Below are positions 28,294 through 38,084 of a stretch of DNA of 64,000 bases, piece by piece. The DNA is from Deltaproteobacteria bacterium. Its GTDB lineage: Bacteria; Desulfobacterota; JAENJC01. Location of the stretch: contig JAUSKU010000036.1 of the NCBI GenBank assembly GCA_030646755.1, forward strand, positions 3,465 through 67,464, in the 5' to 3' direction. Position numbers and translations under genes: made by a program. The notes under the pieces are model-generated. The model saw only the letters and a list, made by a program, of their open reading frames with translations, searched no databases and was not told where the DNA came from. The stretch's first letter is position 1; each line of letters begins with the position of its first letter.

Positions 28294-29334
28294 ATGACAA
28301 AAAAAATACCGGTTCAATCACATCGGAAACTGTTCGAGAATATTAAGACTCTTCTGAACGATGCGAGAAAAGCCGTTGTCAGGAATATCAACTCCGCCAT
28401 GGTGATGACCTATTTTGAAATAGGCAGAATGATAGTGGTGGACGAACAGCAGGGAAAAGTACGGGCTGACTATGCCAAGGAGACCCTGAAGAATCTTAGT
28501 CTTGATCTTACAAGGGAATTCGGCAAAGGATTTTCCGAGAGAAACCTTGAAAATATGAGAAAGTTTTACCTATCGTATGCCCCAAAGATTTCGCAAACAC
28601 TGTCTGCGAAATCCGAGACAGTGTCTCGTATCTCAGCGCAGGCCTTACCCCTTGGCTGGTCGCACTATCTCCTTCTGATAAGGATAGCCAATGAGGAAGA
28701 GCGGCGCTTTTATGAGATAGAAGCAGCCAGTCAGAACTGGTCAGTTAGAGAGTTGGAGCGTCAGTTTAATAGTTCTCTATACGAACGGCTGGTATTAAGC
28801 CGGGATAAAAAGAAGGTTAATGATCTCAGTGAAAAAGGGCATATCCTTGCAACAGCGCAGGATGTCATTAAAGAACCGTATGTTTTAGAATTCCTGGGCA
28901 TAAAGGAAGAGAGCGCCTACTCGGAAAACGATCTTGAATCCGCAATTATCAACAGGATAGAACACTTCATGCTGGAATTGGGCAAAGGGTTTCTTTTTGC
29001 GGGGAGACAGGTCAGATTTTCTTTTGATGAGGAGCATTATTATGTTGATCTGGTATTCTACAACCGCCTGCTTAAATGCTTCGTGCTCATTGACCTGAAG
29101 ATCGGCAAGCTTAAACATCAGGATCTGGGACAGATGCAGATGTATGTCAATTATTACGACCGCTATGTGAAATCTGCGGATGAAAACAAGACTATCGGCA
29201 TCATTCTATGCAAAGATAAGCACAAGGCATTGGTTGAAATAACCTTGCCTGAAGACAATGAGCAGATTTTTGCCCAGAAATACCAGTTGTATCTGCCAAG
29301 TAAAGAAGAACTTAAAAAGCAGTTGGAGGAATGA
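28294..29334 (+). CDS. DUF1016 / YhcG-family PD-(D/E)xK nuclease
   Basis: C-terminal YVLEFLG..FLFAGRQVRF..YYVDLVFYNRLLKCFVLIDLKIGKL..GQMQMYVNYY is typical of YhcG-like proteins. Confidence 0.8.
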   Translation: MTKKIPVQSHRKLFENIKTLLNDARKAVVRNINSAMVMTYFEIGRMIVVDEQQGKVRADYAKETLKNLSLDLTREFGKGFSERNLENMRKFYLSYAPKISQTLSAKSETVSRISAQALPLGWSHYLLLIRIANEEERRFYEIEAASQNWSVRELERQFNSSLYERLVLSRDKKKVNDLSEKGHILATAQDVIKEPYVLEFLGIKEESAYSENDLESAIINRIEHFMLELGKGFLFAGRQVRFSFDEEHYYVDLVFYNRLLKCFVLIDLKIGKLKHQDLGQMQMYVNYYDRYVKSADENKTIGIILCKDKHKALVEITLPEDNEQIFAQKYQLYLPSKEELKKQLEE

Positions 29335-29365
29335 AGTAATAGGTGTTCCGGGCGACAAAAGGGGG

Positions 29366-29401
29366 TGTCATTCCCGCAGTTTTTAGGCGGGAATCCATAG
29401 G
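29366..29401 (+). repeat. Conserved hairpin element, copy 1 (attcccgc/gcgggaat)
   Basis: An 8-bp stem with a 9-nt loop, 32 nt after the DUF1016 stop. A related copy with a compensatory stem change lies at 46630..46665 (minus). Confidence 0.6.
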
Positions 29402-29452
29402 AGTTTTCTGGATGTCCGACAGAAGCGACAATAGGCATGAGGAGATGTAAAA

Positions 29453-31357
29453 ATGGCAGAGATAGAAAAACTGGACCTGACTTCTATGGACATAAAGGAG
29501 CACCAGATTGAAAAGCTGAAAGAGCTTTTCCCTGAAGCGTTTACGGAAGGGAATAAGATAGATTGGGACAGGCTCCGCCGCACCCTTGGAGAGCAGATAG
29601 ACGCCGGGAAGGAACGCTATGGCATGAACTGGCCGGGAAAGGCCGATTGTTTCAGGACCATCCAGCAGCCAAGCATCGCAACCCTTGTCCCTGCCCGTGA
29701 GGAGAGCGTTGATTTTGATACCACGCAAAACCTGTTTATAGAAGGCGATAATCTGGAGGCGCTGAAGCTGCTGCAAAAATCCTACCTCGGCAAGATCAAG
29801 ATGATCTACATAGACCCGCCGTATAATACAGGGAACGACTTCATTTATCCCGACAACTACACAGAGAACCTTGATACATATCTTGCCTACACTGGACAGG
29901 TGGACGCGGAAGGCCGCAAGTTCGCTACCAACACCGAAACAGATGGACGCTTCCACAGCAAATGGCTGAATATGATGTATCCAAGGCTGTTTCTGGCAAA
30001 AAACCTGCTGAGAGAAGACGGGGTGATTTTCATTTCTATTGATGATAACGCGGTGCTGAACCTGCGGACAATTTGTAATGAGGTTTTTGGGGAAGAAAAT
30101 TTCATCGCTGAACTGGTGTGGCAGAAAAAAACTGGCGCAGGGGCAAAGAGCAAGGGATTTATTAGACTTCATGAATACGTACTTTGTTACGCTAAGTCAA
30201 TTAGTCCAACTTGGGATATAGCGGCTCCCATGTCCGAAAAGACAAAGGCCATGTATAACAAGAAAGATGAGTACTTTGATCAATTAGGGCCTTTCGCAAC
30301 ATGGCCACTTGATACTACCAGCATGGATGAGCGAGCTAATCTTAGATTCCCGATTTTCCACGAGGGGAATGAGATTTGGCCGAGAAAGCAATGGCTCTGG
30401 TCACGGGAACGAGTGGAGCGTGCGCAACAACAGAACAAACTTGTTTTCAATCATAATGAGAAGGACAACAGCTGGAGTGTTAGATTTAAGGGATATCTTT
30501 ATGACGAGGATGGAGAAGAGAAGTCGGGCAAGCCGACTTCAGTAATGATTGGCCCTTATACCCAAGAAGGTACTAAGGACTTCCAAAAATATTTCGACCG
30601 CGACGTTTTTCCTTTTCCGAAGCCGGTCTCTCTTCTGAAGCAACTTCTGTCAATTCGGGTAGAAGGGGTGGAAGCTACTGAAGAAGATATAGCGCTGGAT
30701 TTTTTTGCTGGTTCGTCAACGACAGGGGAGGCAGTACTCCGTCTGAATCAGGAGTGCCCAAAAAAGACAAAATTCATACTGGTACAGCTCCCTGAGCCCT
30801 GCACCGAAGACAGTGAAGCCTACAAAGCAGGCTACAAAACCATAGCCGATATTGGCAAAGAGCGCCTCCGTATGGTTATCAAGAAGATTAAAGAGGAACA
30901 TTCGGAAAAGACCGATATGTTCAAAGGAGATATTTCCTCGCTTGACCTGGGCTTCAAGGTCTTCAAACTTTCCAAATCTAACTTCAACATCTGGGATTCC
31001 AACGTGGAAAAGACCCCGGAGGCCCTTGGCCGACAGTTGGAGCTTCATACCAGCCATATCTCAGCAGAGGCTTCTCAGGAGGCCATTCTCTTTGAACTGC
31101 TTTTAAAGTCCGGGTTTGAGCTTACAACGCCCATCGAAAAGCTGACGTTGGAGGGCAAGACAGTTTACAGCATTGCGGAAGGGGAACTGCTTATCTGCCT
31201 TGATAAGCATCTGACAAACGAGGTGATTAAGGCAATGGCCGAAAGGAAGCCAAGCCGGGTGATATGTCTGGATGAAGGGTTTCAGGATAATGACCAGTTG
31301 AAGACAAATGCAGTGCAGATAATGAAGAGCAAAAACGTTGTTTTCAGGACGGTGTAA
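29453..31357 (+). CDS. mod: Type III restriction-modification methyltransferase (Mod, N6-adenine, beta class)
   Basis: Motif IV IYIDPPYNTGNDF precedes motif I DFFAGSSTTGEA, with a variable central region between them. gaggag SD. Confidence 0.9.
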   Translation: MAEIEKLDLTSMDIKEHQIEKLKELFPEAFTEGNKIDWDRLRRTLGEQIDAGKERYGMNWPGKADCFRTIQQPSIATLVPAREESVDFDTTQNLFIEGDNLEALKLLQKSYLGKIKMIYIDPPYNTGNDFIYPDNYTENLDTYLAYTGQVDAEGRKFATNTETDGRFHSKWLNMMYPRLFLAKNLLREDGVIFISIDDNAVLNLRTICNEVFGEENFIAELVWQKKTGAGAKSKGFIRLHEYVLCYAKSISPTWDIAAPMSEKTKAMYNKKDEYFDQLGPFATWPLDTTSMDERANLRFPIFHEGNEIWPRKQWLWSRERVERAQQQNKLVFNHNEKDNSWSVRFKGYLYDEDGEEKSGKPTSVMIGPYTQEGTKDFQKYFDRDVFPFPKPVSLLKQLLSIRVEGVEATEEDIALDFFAGSSTTGEAVLRLNQECPKKTKFILVQLPEPCTEDSEAYKAGYKTIADIGKERLRMVIKKIKEEHSEKTDMFKGDISSLDLGFKVFKLSKSNFNIWDSNVEKTPEALGRQLELHTSHISAEASQEAILFELLLKSGFELTTPIEKLTLEGKTVYSIAEGELLICLDKHLTNEVIKAMAERKPSRVICLDEGFQDNDQLKTNAVQIMKSKNVVFRTV

Positions 31358-31359
31358 CA

Positions 31360-32121
31360 GTGGATATGTCTCAGCATATTTCTGAATATATCGAGAAAAT
31401 AGGGGAAGAGGTTCTGCTGGATTACAGCAACTACCCTTTTCTTTCGCAGCAAGATTACGATTTTGGATATAGCATTGCGGCCTCCGCCGTCTTTTCATCC
31501 AATATCGAGGGAAACACTGTTGACCTCAACTCTTACATGAATTGGCGAATGGCCAAAAAACCCTCAAAACCAACCAAAGAGATTGAAGAGATTGAAAACC
31601 TTATCCGGGCGTATGAGTTCTGCCGACAGCATCCCCTGACGGAGGACTCTCTTTTAAAGGCCCATCGGCTCCTGTCGCAGACGCTGCTGATCAAATCTAA
31701 ACGCGGACGTTACAGGCAGGAGCGGACTGGCGTATTCAGCGAGAAAGGGTTGGTCTACCTTGCAGTAGAGCCTGAACATCTGGAAGGCGAAATGACCCTT
31801 TTTTTCAAGGAAATTACCGGCCTTCTCCATCAAAAAATGAATCCGGCAGAGATTTTATATTATGCAGCCTTCATCCATCTGCAGTTCGTTCATATTCACC
31901 CCTTTGCCGACGGCAACGGCAGAATGGCCCGGCTGCTGGAAAAGTGGTTTCTGATCGCCCATCTCGGAGATAAACTCTGGACTCTGCCTTCGGAAAAATA
32001 CTACAGGGAACGACAACAGGAGTATTACCGCAACCTGAATCTGGGGGTGAATTTTTATGAACTCGATTATGGACGGGCATTGCCATTTTTATATATGCTC
32101 CCCCGCACACTGAAGAGGTAA
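31360..32121 (+). CDS. Fic/DOC-family protein (AMPylase-type motif) embedded between mod and res
   Basis: Fic motif HPFADGNGRMAR (31897-31932). N-terminal inhibitory-helix-like motif SSNIEGN. Starts 2 nt after the mod stop and ends 4 nt before the res start. Confidence 0.88.
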   Translation: MDMSQHISEYIEKIGEEVLLDYSNYPFLSQQDYDFGYSIAASAVFSSNIEGNTVDLNSYMNWRMAKKPSKPTKEIEEIENLIRAYEFCRQHPLTEDSLLKAHRLLSQTLLIKSKRGRYRQERTGVFSEKGLVYLAVEPEHLEGEMTLFFKEITGLLHQKMNPAEILYYAAFIHLQFVHIHPFADGNGRMARLLEKWFLIAHLGDKLWTLPSEKYYRERQQEYYRNLNLGVNFYELDYGRALPFLYMLPRTLKR

Positions 32122-32125
32122 AGTT

Positions 32126-35035
32126 GTGAAGATAAAATTCGACAGCACCCAGCAATATCAGATAGACGCGGTTCACAGCATAGTGCAACTGTTTGATGGT
32201 CAGCCCATTGAAAAAGGGGATTTTACCATCATAGAGCAGCATGACTTCATGGGCAGCCGGATACAGACGGAACTTGGGCTTGGGAACAATCTTGTTTTGA
32301 ATGAAGAAGCCTTGCTCAAGAATCTTAGAGCTGTCCAGGAGCGTTACGACCTTGACCATATCCCTGAAAATGAGTTTAAAAAGAACGGCCTGAACTTTTC
32401 TGTGGAGATGGAGACGGGGACAGGCAAGACTTACGTTTACCTGCGCACTATCTTTGAACTGAGCCTTAAATACGGTTTTAAGAAGTTTATAATTGTGGTG
32501 CCAAGCGTGGCCATAAGGGAAGGCGCTCTGAAGAACATAGAGATTACCGGGGACCACTTCAAGGCCCTTTACAACAATATCGAATTTGAACACTTCGTAT
32601 ATGATTCCAAGAAGGCCAACAGGTTGAGGCAGTTTGCAACAAGCAATCAGATTCAGATAATGGTGATAAACATTGACGCCTTCCGCAAGGACTTCTCGGA
32701 CAGTGAAGACGAGAAGAAGAGCAACGTGATATTCAAGGAGAATGACAGGTTGTCAGGCCGCAAGCCTATTGAATTTGTCCAGGCAACAAACCCGATAGTA
32801 ATAATTGACGAGCCTCAGAGTGTGGACAGTACCCCTAAATCTCAGGATGCCATTAAATCGCTCAATCCCTTATGCATCTTCCGTTATTCCGCAACCCATA
32901 AGAACCCCTACAACCTGGTCTATAAGCTGGATCCAATCAAGGCGTATGGCCTGCGCCTTGTGAAGCAGATTGTGGTTGCCTCCGTGACAGGGGAGAATGC
33001 CCAGAATAATGCATACGTGAAGCTATTGGCGGTAGACAACAAAAACGGAATCCGCGCCAGGGTCAAGATACATGTTCAGACCAAGAGTGGGGTGAATGAA
33101 AAGGATATTTGGGTAAAACAGAGCGCTGATTTATTTACTCTTTCCAATGAAAGGGAGGCTTATCGGCACGGCTTTGAGGTGCTGGACATAAGCGCTGAGC
33201 CTGGAAATGAGTTCATTGACTTTAATACAGGACGCATCTACCAGGGGCAGGAGCGCGGAGGAATCCAAGAAGACCTGATGGAAATTCAGATCAGGAACAC
33301 GATAAAAAAGCATCTGGAAAAGGAGTTGCAGCTAAAGGACAAGGGTATAAAGGTCCTCTCCCTTTTCTTCATTGACAGAGTGGCTAATTACCGTACTTAC
33401 GACGAGTCGGGACAACCTAAGAAGGGGACTTTTGCAGAGTTATTTGAACGGCATTATCTCGACTTGTTAAAGATGCCGCAATACTTGGGACTTGATACCC
33501 ACCCGGTTGATAAGATACACGACGGGTATTTTTCGCAGGACAAAAAAGGGGTCATCAAAGACACCAACGGAGCAACGCAGGCGGACGACGATACCTATGC
33601 AAAGATCATGAGAAACAAAGAGCAGCTTCTTTCTCTGGAGGAGCCGCTGAAATACATCTTCTCCCACTCAGCATTAAGAGAAGGCTGGGACAATCCAAAC
33701 GTCTTTCAGATATGTAACCTTAGAGAGATGAGGGTTGAGACGGAAAGGCGGCAGACCCTAGGGAGGGGCCTAAGACTTCCGGTGAATCAGAACGGCGAGA
33801 GGGTCTTTGATGACAATATTAATAAGCTGACAGTTATAGCAACCGAAAGCTATGCAGAATTTGCTTCGGGCTTGCAGACAGAATATGAGAAGGACTGCGG
33901 CGTTACCTTCGGCAAAATTCCTATGATCGGATTTGCCAGGATCGCCCGTGTCATAGAAGACCGGGAAGAGCTTATCGGCAGGGAACAGTCTGAAAGGATT
34001 TGGGCGGAGCTGGTTGCAAAGGGATTTATTGATGGAGGCGGAAAGATTCAACCTTCCTTTAATCCACAGAAAGAAGGCTTTACATTAGGCCTGTCCGGCG
34101 AGCTGAAGGACATCGAAGAAGAAGTAATGGCCGTTCTTCAATCATACCAGCTTGACCGTCATATCAAGAAGGATGAGGAACCTAAGCGCTTACGCATCAA
34201 CAAGCATGTTTTCCTCGACCCGGAATTTGAACGGCTCTGGAACAAGATCAAGCACAAGACCACCTATGAGGTGAAGTATTCCACTGATGAACTCATGGTC
34301 AATACAGTCAAGGCCATAAAGAAGATGGAAAAGATCGAGCCTGTGAAGGTGTCTTACAGGGAAGACCTCTTAAACCTGGAAAACAAGGGAGTTACAACCA
34401 GCCATATCAGAGGGAATGAAATAAAGCTGGACTACATAGGGACATTGCCGGACGCTATCGCTTACCTGCAAAAAGAAACGGAGCTAACCAGAAAGACCCT
34501 TGTTAGGATACTGACCGGAAGCGGGCGGCTTGATGAGTTTGCTGTCAACCCCCAGCGGTTCATGGATGCAACGGCAGCCATTATGAACCGGGAGTTGCAC
34601 AGACTTATGATTGACGGCATCAAGTACGAAAAGATTGCCGAACAGGAATGGAGTATGCGCCTGTTTGAAGATAAAGAGGTCTTGAGCTACCTGAACAATA
34701 GGCTGGAGGTGAAGAATTCCATCTATGATGCTGTAGTATACGACAGCGACATAGAAAGGAGATTTGCGCAAGAACTGGATAAGAGGGAGGATATAAAGCT
34801 GTTCGTAAAGCTTCCAGGCTGGTTCAGGGTTGAAACACCGATAGGAGAATACAACCCGGACTGGGCCGTTGTTAAACACAATGATGAAACCATTTACCTT
34901 GTAAGGGAAACCAAGGGAACAAGAGACTTTGAGAAACTACGTAACAGTGAGGCGGATAAGATCAGGTGCGGCAGAAGACATTTTGAGGCCCTTGGAGTTG
35001 ACTTTAATGTGGTTGTAGAGGCGGGGGAGGTATGA
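32126..35035 (+). CDS. res: Type III restriction endonuclease (Res: SF2 helicase plus C-terminal PD-(D/E)xK nuclease)
   Basis: METGTGKTYVY (Walker A), IIDEPQS (DEPQ box), ALREGWDNPNV, and a C-terminal nuclease region YNPDW..LVRETKG. Confidence 0.9.
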   Translation: MKIKFDSTQQYQIDAVHSIVQLFDGQPIEKGDFTIIEQHDFMGSRIQTELGLGNNLVLNEEALLKNLRAVQERYDLDHIPENEFKKNGLNFSVEMETGTGKTYVYLRTIFELSLKYGFKKFIIVVPSVAIREGALKNIEITGDHFKALYNNIEFEHFVYDSKKANRLRQFATSNQIQIMVINIDAFRKDFSDSEDEKKSNVIFKENDRLSGRKPIEFVQATNPIVIIDEPQSVDSTPKSQDAIKSLNPLCIFRYSATHKNPYNLVYKLDPIKAYGLRLVKQIVVASVTGENAQNNAYVKLLAVDNKNGIRARVKIHVQTKSGVNEKDIWVKQSADLFTLSNEREAYRHGFEVLDISAEPGNEFIDFNTGRIYQGQERGGIQEDLMEIQIRNTIKKHLEKELQLKDKGIKVLSLFFIDRVANYRTYDESGQPKKGTFAELFERHYLDLLKMPQYLGLDTHPVDKIHDGYFSQDKKGVIKDTNGATQADDDTYAKIMRNKEQLLSLEEPLKYIFSHSALREGWDNPNVFQICNLREMRVETERRQTLGRGLRLPVNQNGERVFDDNINKLTVIATESYAEFASGLQTEYEKDCGVTFGKIPMIGFARIARVIEDREELIGREQSERIWAELVAKGFIDGGGKIQPSFNPQKEGFTLGLSGELKDIEEEVMAVLQSYQLDRHIKKDEEPKRLRINKHVFLDPEFERLWNKIKHKTTYEVKYSTDELMVNTVKAIKKMEKIEPVKVSYREDLLNLENKGVTTSHIRGNEIKLDYIGTLPDAIAYLQKETELTRKTLVRILTGSGRLDEFAVNPQRFMDATAAIMNRELHRLMIDGIKYEKIAEQEWSMRLFEDKEVLSYLNNRLEVKNSIYDAVVYDSDIERRFAQELDKREDIKLFVKLPGWFRVETPIGEYNPDWAVVKHNDETIYLVRETKGTRDFEKLRNSEADKIRCGRRHFEALGVDFNVVVEAGEV

Positions 35036-35210
35036 GCCAGACAGATAGCGAAAAAAGCTGTTGTATTTCCATGTTGAGAAATTAACGGAAACAGAATTCG
35101 GAAAATCCTCCTCCAAAGTACCGACCTTCTAAAACCGATTTCCCTGTCAATATTAGGATTGCTTCCTCTCGGATGTTGATTTCCCACCATTTTTAAGCTA
35201 TCATAAAAAA

Positions 35211-37349
35211 ATGATAAGGCTTGACGATATCATAGAAAGGGTTTCTACCTATAATCCCACAGGCGACCTTGACATCATAAAGAAGGCCTATATTTTTTCA
35301 GCCAAGGTACACAAGGGACAGCTGCGTCTTTCCGGTGAGCCTTACCTCAACCACCCCATAGAAGTGGCGATGCTTCTGGCTGAGCTTAAGCTTGACCCTC
35401 AAACAATTGCAACAGGACTGCTTCATGATACGGTGGAGGATACCTTTGCCACTATTGAGGAGATCAGGGAGTTTTTTGGCCCTGAGGTGGCCGACATGGT
35501 TGACGGCGTGACAAAGATAGGAAAAATTGCCTTTGCCACCTCTGAAGAAAAACAGGCCGAGAACTTCAGGAAGATGGTCCTGGCCATGGGAAAGGACATA
35601 AGGGTCATCCTGGTCAAGCTTGCCGACAGGTTACACAACATGAGGACCCTGGAGCACCTATCACGGGAGAAACAGCTTTCCATCTCCCAGGAAACCCACG
35701 ACATATACGCCCCAATAGCCAACAGGCTCGGCATAGGATGGGTGAAGTCCGAACTTGAGGACCTTTCTTTAAGGTATTTAAAGCCGGACCTCTTCAATAA
35801 AATCTCCCGGATGGTGTCGGAGAAGTGGGCTGAAAGAGAAAAGTTTATAACTGACTTCAAGTCCGTTATCCAAACGGAGATGGAGAAGAATGGTATCCAG
35901 GGCGAGGTAACAGGGAGACCAAAACATATTTACGGTATAAGCAAGAAGGTGAGTGGAGAGCATATTGATCTCGACCAGCTAAACGACATCATGGCCTTTA
36001 GAATCAAGGTGGACTCCGTAAAGGACTGTTATGGCTCTCTCGGTATGATACATTCTCTTTGGAAGCCTGTCCCCGGTCGTTTTAAGGACTTCATAGCAAT
36101 CTCCAAGGCTAATGGGTATCAATCGCTGCATACTACCGTTATAGCTCCGAACGGCGAGAGGGTTGAGGTGCAGATAAGGACCAGGGAGATGCACAGGGTT
36201 GCCGAGGACGGGATTGCTGCCCATTGGAAATATAAGGAAGACAAGGCCTTCAGTCAGAAAGACGACAAGAGGTTTTCTTGGCTCAGGCAGCTTCTTGAGT
36301 GGCAGAGAGACCTGAAGGACCCTGGTGAATTCATGGAAACGGTAAAAGTGGACCTGTTTTCTGAGGAGGTCTACGTATTTACCCCAAAAGGCGAAGTAAA
36401 GGAGCTGCCCAGGGGTGCAACCCCACTTGATTTTGCATATAACATCCATTCCGACATAGGCCACAGGTGCGTCGGGGCAAAGGTCAACGGAAGGATAGTC
36501 CCTCTGAAGTATCAGCTAAGAAACGGCGACACGCTCGAAATACTAACATCCCCTACACACCATCCCAGCAAGGATTCGTTAAAGTTCGTAGTTACTCCCA
36601 AGGCCAAGGCCAGGATCAGGCAGTGGATAAATACCGAGGAGCGGGAGAGGAGCATTTCTCTGGGAAGGGAGATGATAGAAAAGGAACTTAAGAAGTATTC
36701 CTTTGAGTTAAGAAATGAGGACATCGGAAAGGTCGTGGCGGATTTGAGTATCCCTTCTGCTGAAGACCTTTACGCCAGGGTAGGATATGGGAAGCTCCCG
36801 GTTCATAATGTGTTGTCCCGCATAGTTCCAAAGGACAGACTTGCCGAATTTCAACAGAAACCTAAATTGGGACTGGCCAGTGTTATCAGCAGATTCAGGA
36901 AGAAGCCGGAAAGCGCCATAAAGATCCAAGGGTTGGAGGATGTCTTGGTCAGGTTTGCCAACTGCTGCAACCCTCTTCCGGGAGACAAGGTAATAGGGTT
37001 CATAACGAGAGGGAGAGGGGTTACAGTACATAGAGTGGAATGCCTTCTGGCTAAGGATATAGACCCTGAAAGGAAGGTAGATGTACAGTGGGACAGTAAG
37101 GCTGCCGGATCCAGGCCTGCAAAGATAGAGGTTGTTTGCGTTGATAAAAAGGGACTCCTGGCCGACATGAGTTCAACCATAACCTCTGCGGAGGCTAATA
37201 TAACAAGCGCCCAGATAAGGACCACTGAGGACAAGAAGGCCATAAGCGTCTTTGAGCTTGAGGTAGGGAGCGTTGAACAGCTTCAGAGGGTTATGGCGTC
37301 ACTTAGCCGGGTCAAGGGTGTGTTAAAGGTGGAGAGGCTGAGGGCGTAA
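35211..37349 (+). CDS. rel: Bifunctional (p)ppGpp synthetase/hydrolase (RelA/SpoT homolog)
   Basis: HD domain HPIEVA..LLHDTVEDT, synthetase YQSLHTTV, and TGS and ACT regions. 712 aa. Confidence 0.93.
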   Translation: MIRLDDIIERVSTYNPTGDLDIIKKAYIFSAKVHKGQLRLSGEPYLNHPIEVAMLLAELKLDPQTIATGLLHDTVEDTFATIEEIREFFGPEVADMVDGVTKIGKIAFATSEEKQAENFRKMVLAMGKDIRVILVKLADRLHNMRTLEHLSREKQLSISQETHDIYAPIANRLGIGWVKSELEDLSLRYLKPDLFNKISRMVSEKWAEREKFITDFKSVIQTEMEKNGIQGEVTGRPKHIYGISKKVSGEHIDLDQLNDIMAFRIKVDSVKDCYGSLGMIHSLWKPVPGRFKDFIAISKANGYQSLHTTVIAPNGERVEVQIRTREMHRVAEDGIAAHWKYKEDKAFSQKDDKRFSWLRQLLEWQRDLKDPGEFMETVKVDLFSEEVYVFTPKGEVKELPRGATPLDFAYNIHSDIGHRCVGAKVNGRIVPLKYQLRNGDTLEILTSPTHHPSKDSLKFVVTPKAKARIRQWINTEERERSISLGREMIEKELKKYSFELRNEDIGKVVADLSIPSAEDLYARVGYGKLPVHNVLSRIVPKDRLAEFQQKPKLGLASVISRFRKKPESAIKIQGLEDVLVRFANCCNPLPGDKVIGFITRGRGVTVHRVECLLAKDIDPERKVDVQWDSKAAGSRPAKIEVVCVDKKGLLADMSSTITSAEANITSAQIRTTEDKKAISVFELEVGSVEQLQRVMASLSRVKGVLKVERLRA

Positions 37350-37420
37350 GAAGCAGTGGTCAGTGGCCAATCGTCAGTTTCGAGTAGGGTGGGCTGTGCC
37401 CACCATTTGGAGGAAATTTA

Positions 37421-37807
37421 ATGAAAAAAGAGATTATAATAACTGACAAGGCGCCGAAGGCTATTGGCCCTTATTCGCAGGGGGTAAAGGCCGGAGGTTT
37501 CATATTCGTTTCAGGCCAGATCCCGCTTGAGCCGGAAACGGGAATTGTCGTAACTGGCGACATAGATGTTCAGACCGAGAGGGTATTGAAGAATATCGCT
37601 GGAGTGCTTGAGGCTGCCGGTTCATCCCTGGAAGGCGTTGTGAAGACGACGGTATACCTGAAGGATATGGCGGATTTCCCGAAGTTCAACGAGTGCTATG
37701 CGGGATTTTTCCCTGTGAATCCGCCTGCCAGGGCCACAGTCGAGGTCAGCCGTCTTCCGAGAGATGTAAGGATTGAGATTGATGCCGTTGCAGTGGCAGG
37801 CTCTTAG
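37421..37807 (+). CDS. ridA: RidA / YjgF-family imine deaminase
   Basis: [43 protein letters not shown]. Confidence 0.9.
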   Translation: MKKEIIITDKAPKAIGPYSQGVKAGGFIFVSGQIPLEPETGIVVTGDIDVQTERVLKNIAGVLEAAGSSLEGVVKTTVYLKDMADFPKFNECYAGFFPVNPPARATVEVSRLPRDVRIEIDAVAVAGS

Positions 37808-37995
37808 ACAGCCTTGACCACTGACCCTGTGCGGATGCAGCGGGTGCAAACCTTAGTCTTCCGGACTGTACCGTTCTGGATGACCTTTACCTTCTGTACG
37901 TTGGGATACCAGACCTTCCTGGTCTTATTGTTTGCGTGGCTAACATTGTGGCCGAAAACCGGTCCCTTGCCGCAGATGTCACATGCTCTTGACAT
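37804..37995 (-). CDS. rpmB: 50S ribosomal protein L28
   Basis: Starts [42 protein letters not shown] is present. The track start at 38037 is an extension. Confidence 0.92.
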   Translation of the reverse strand: MSRACDICGKGPVFGHNVSHANNKTRKVWYPNVQKVKVIQNGTVRKTKVCTRCIRTGSVVKAV

Positions 37996-38084
37996 GGTTA
38001 ATACCTCCGAGTTGAGTTGAAATAAACCTTTTACCATGAAGCATGGTTTTTTGCAAGCATTTTTATCGCAGGAGATAAATAGCG

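Noticed and set aside
29312-30172. 286-aa ORF antisense to the 5' half of the Type III mod gene
   Set aside because: It overlaps the mod frame that carries DPPYNTG. It has no motifs of its own and no SD.
25179-35035. DISARM-like system (SNF2 helicase, adenine methylase and helicase-nuclease)
   Set aside because: The methylase and nuclease are canonical Type III Mod (DPPY before FxGxG) and Res. No DUF1998/DrmB-like or PLD/DrmC-like gene is present.
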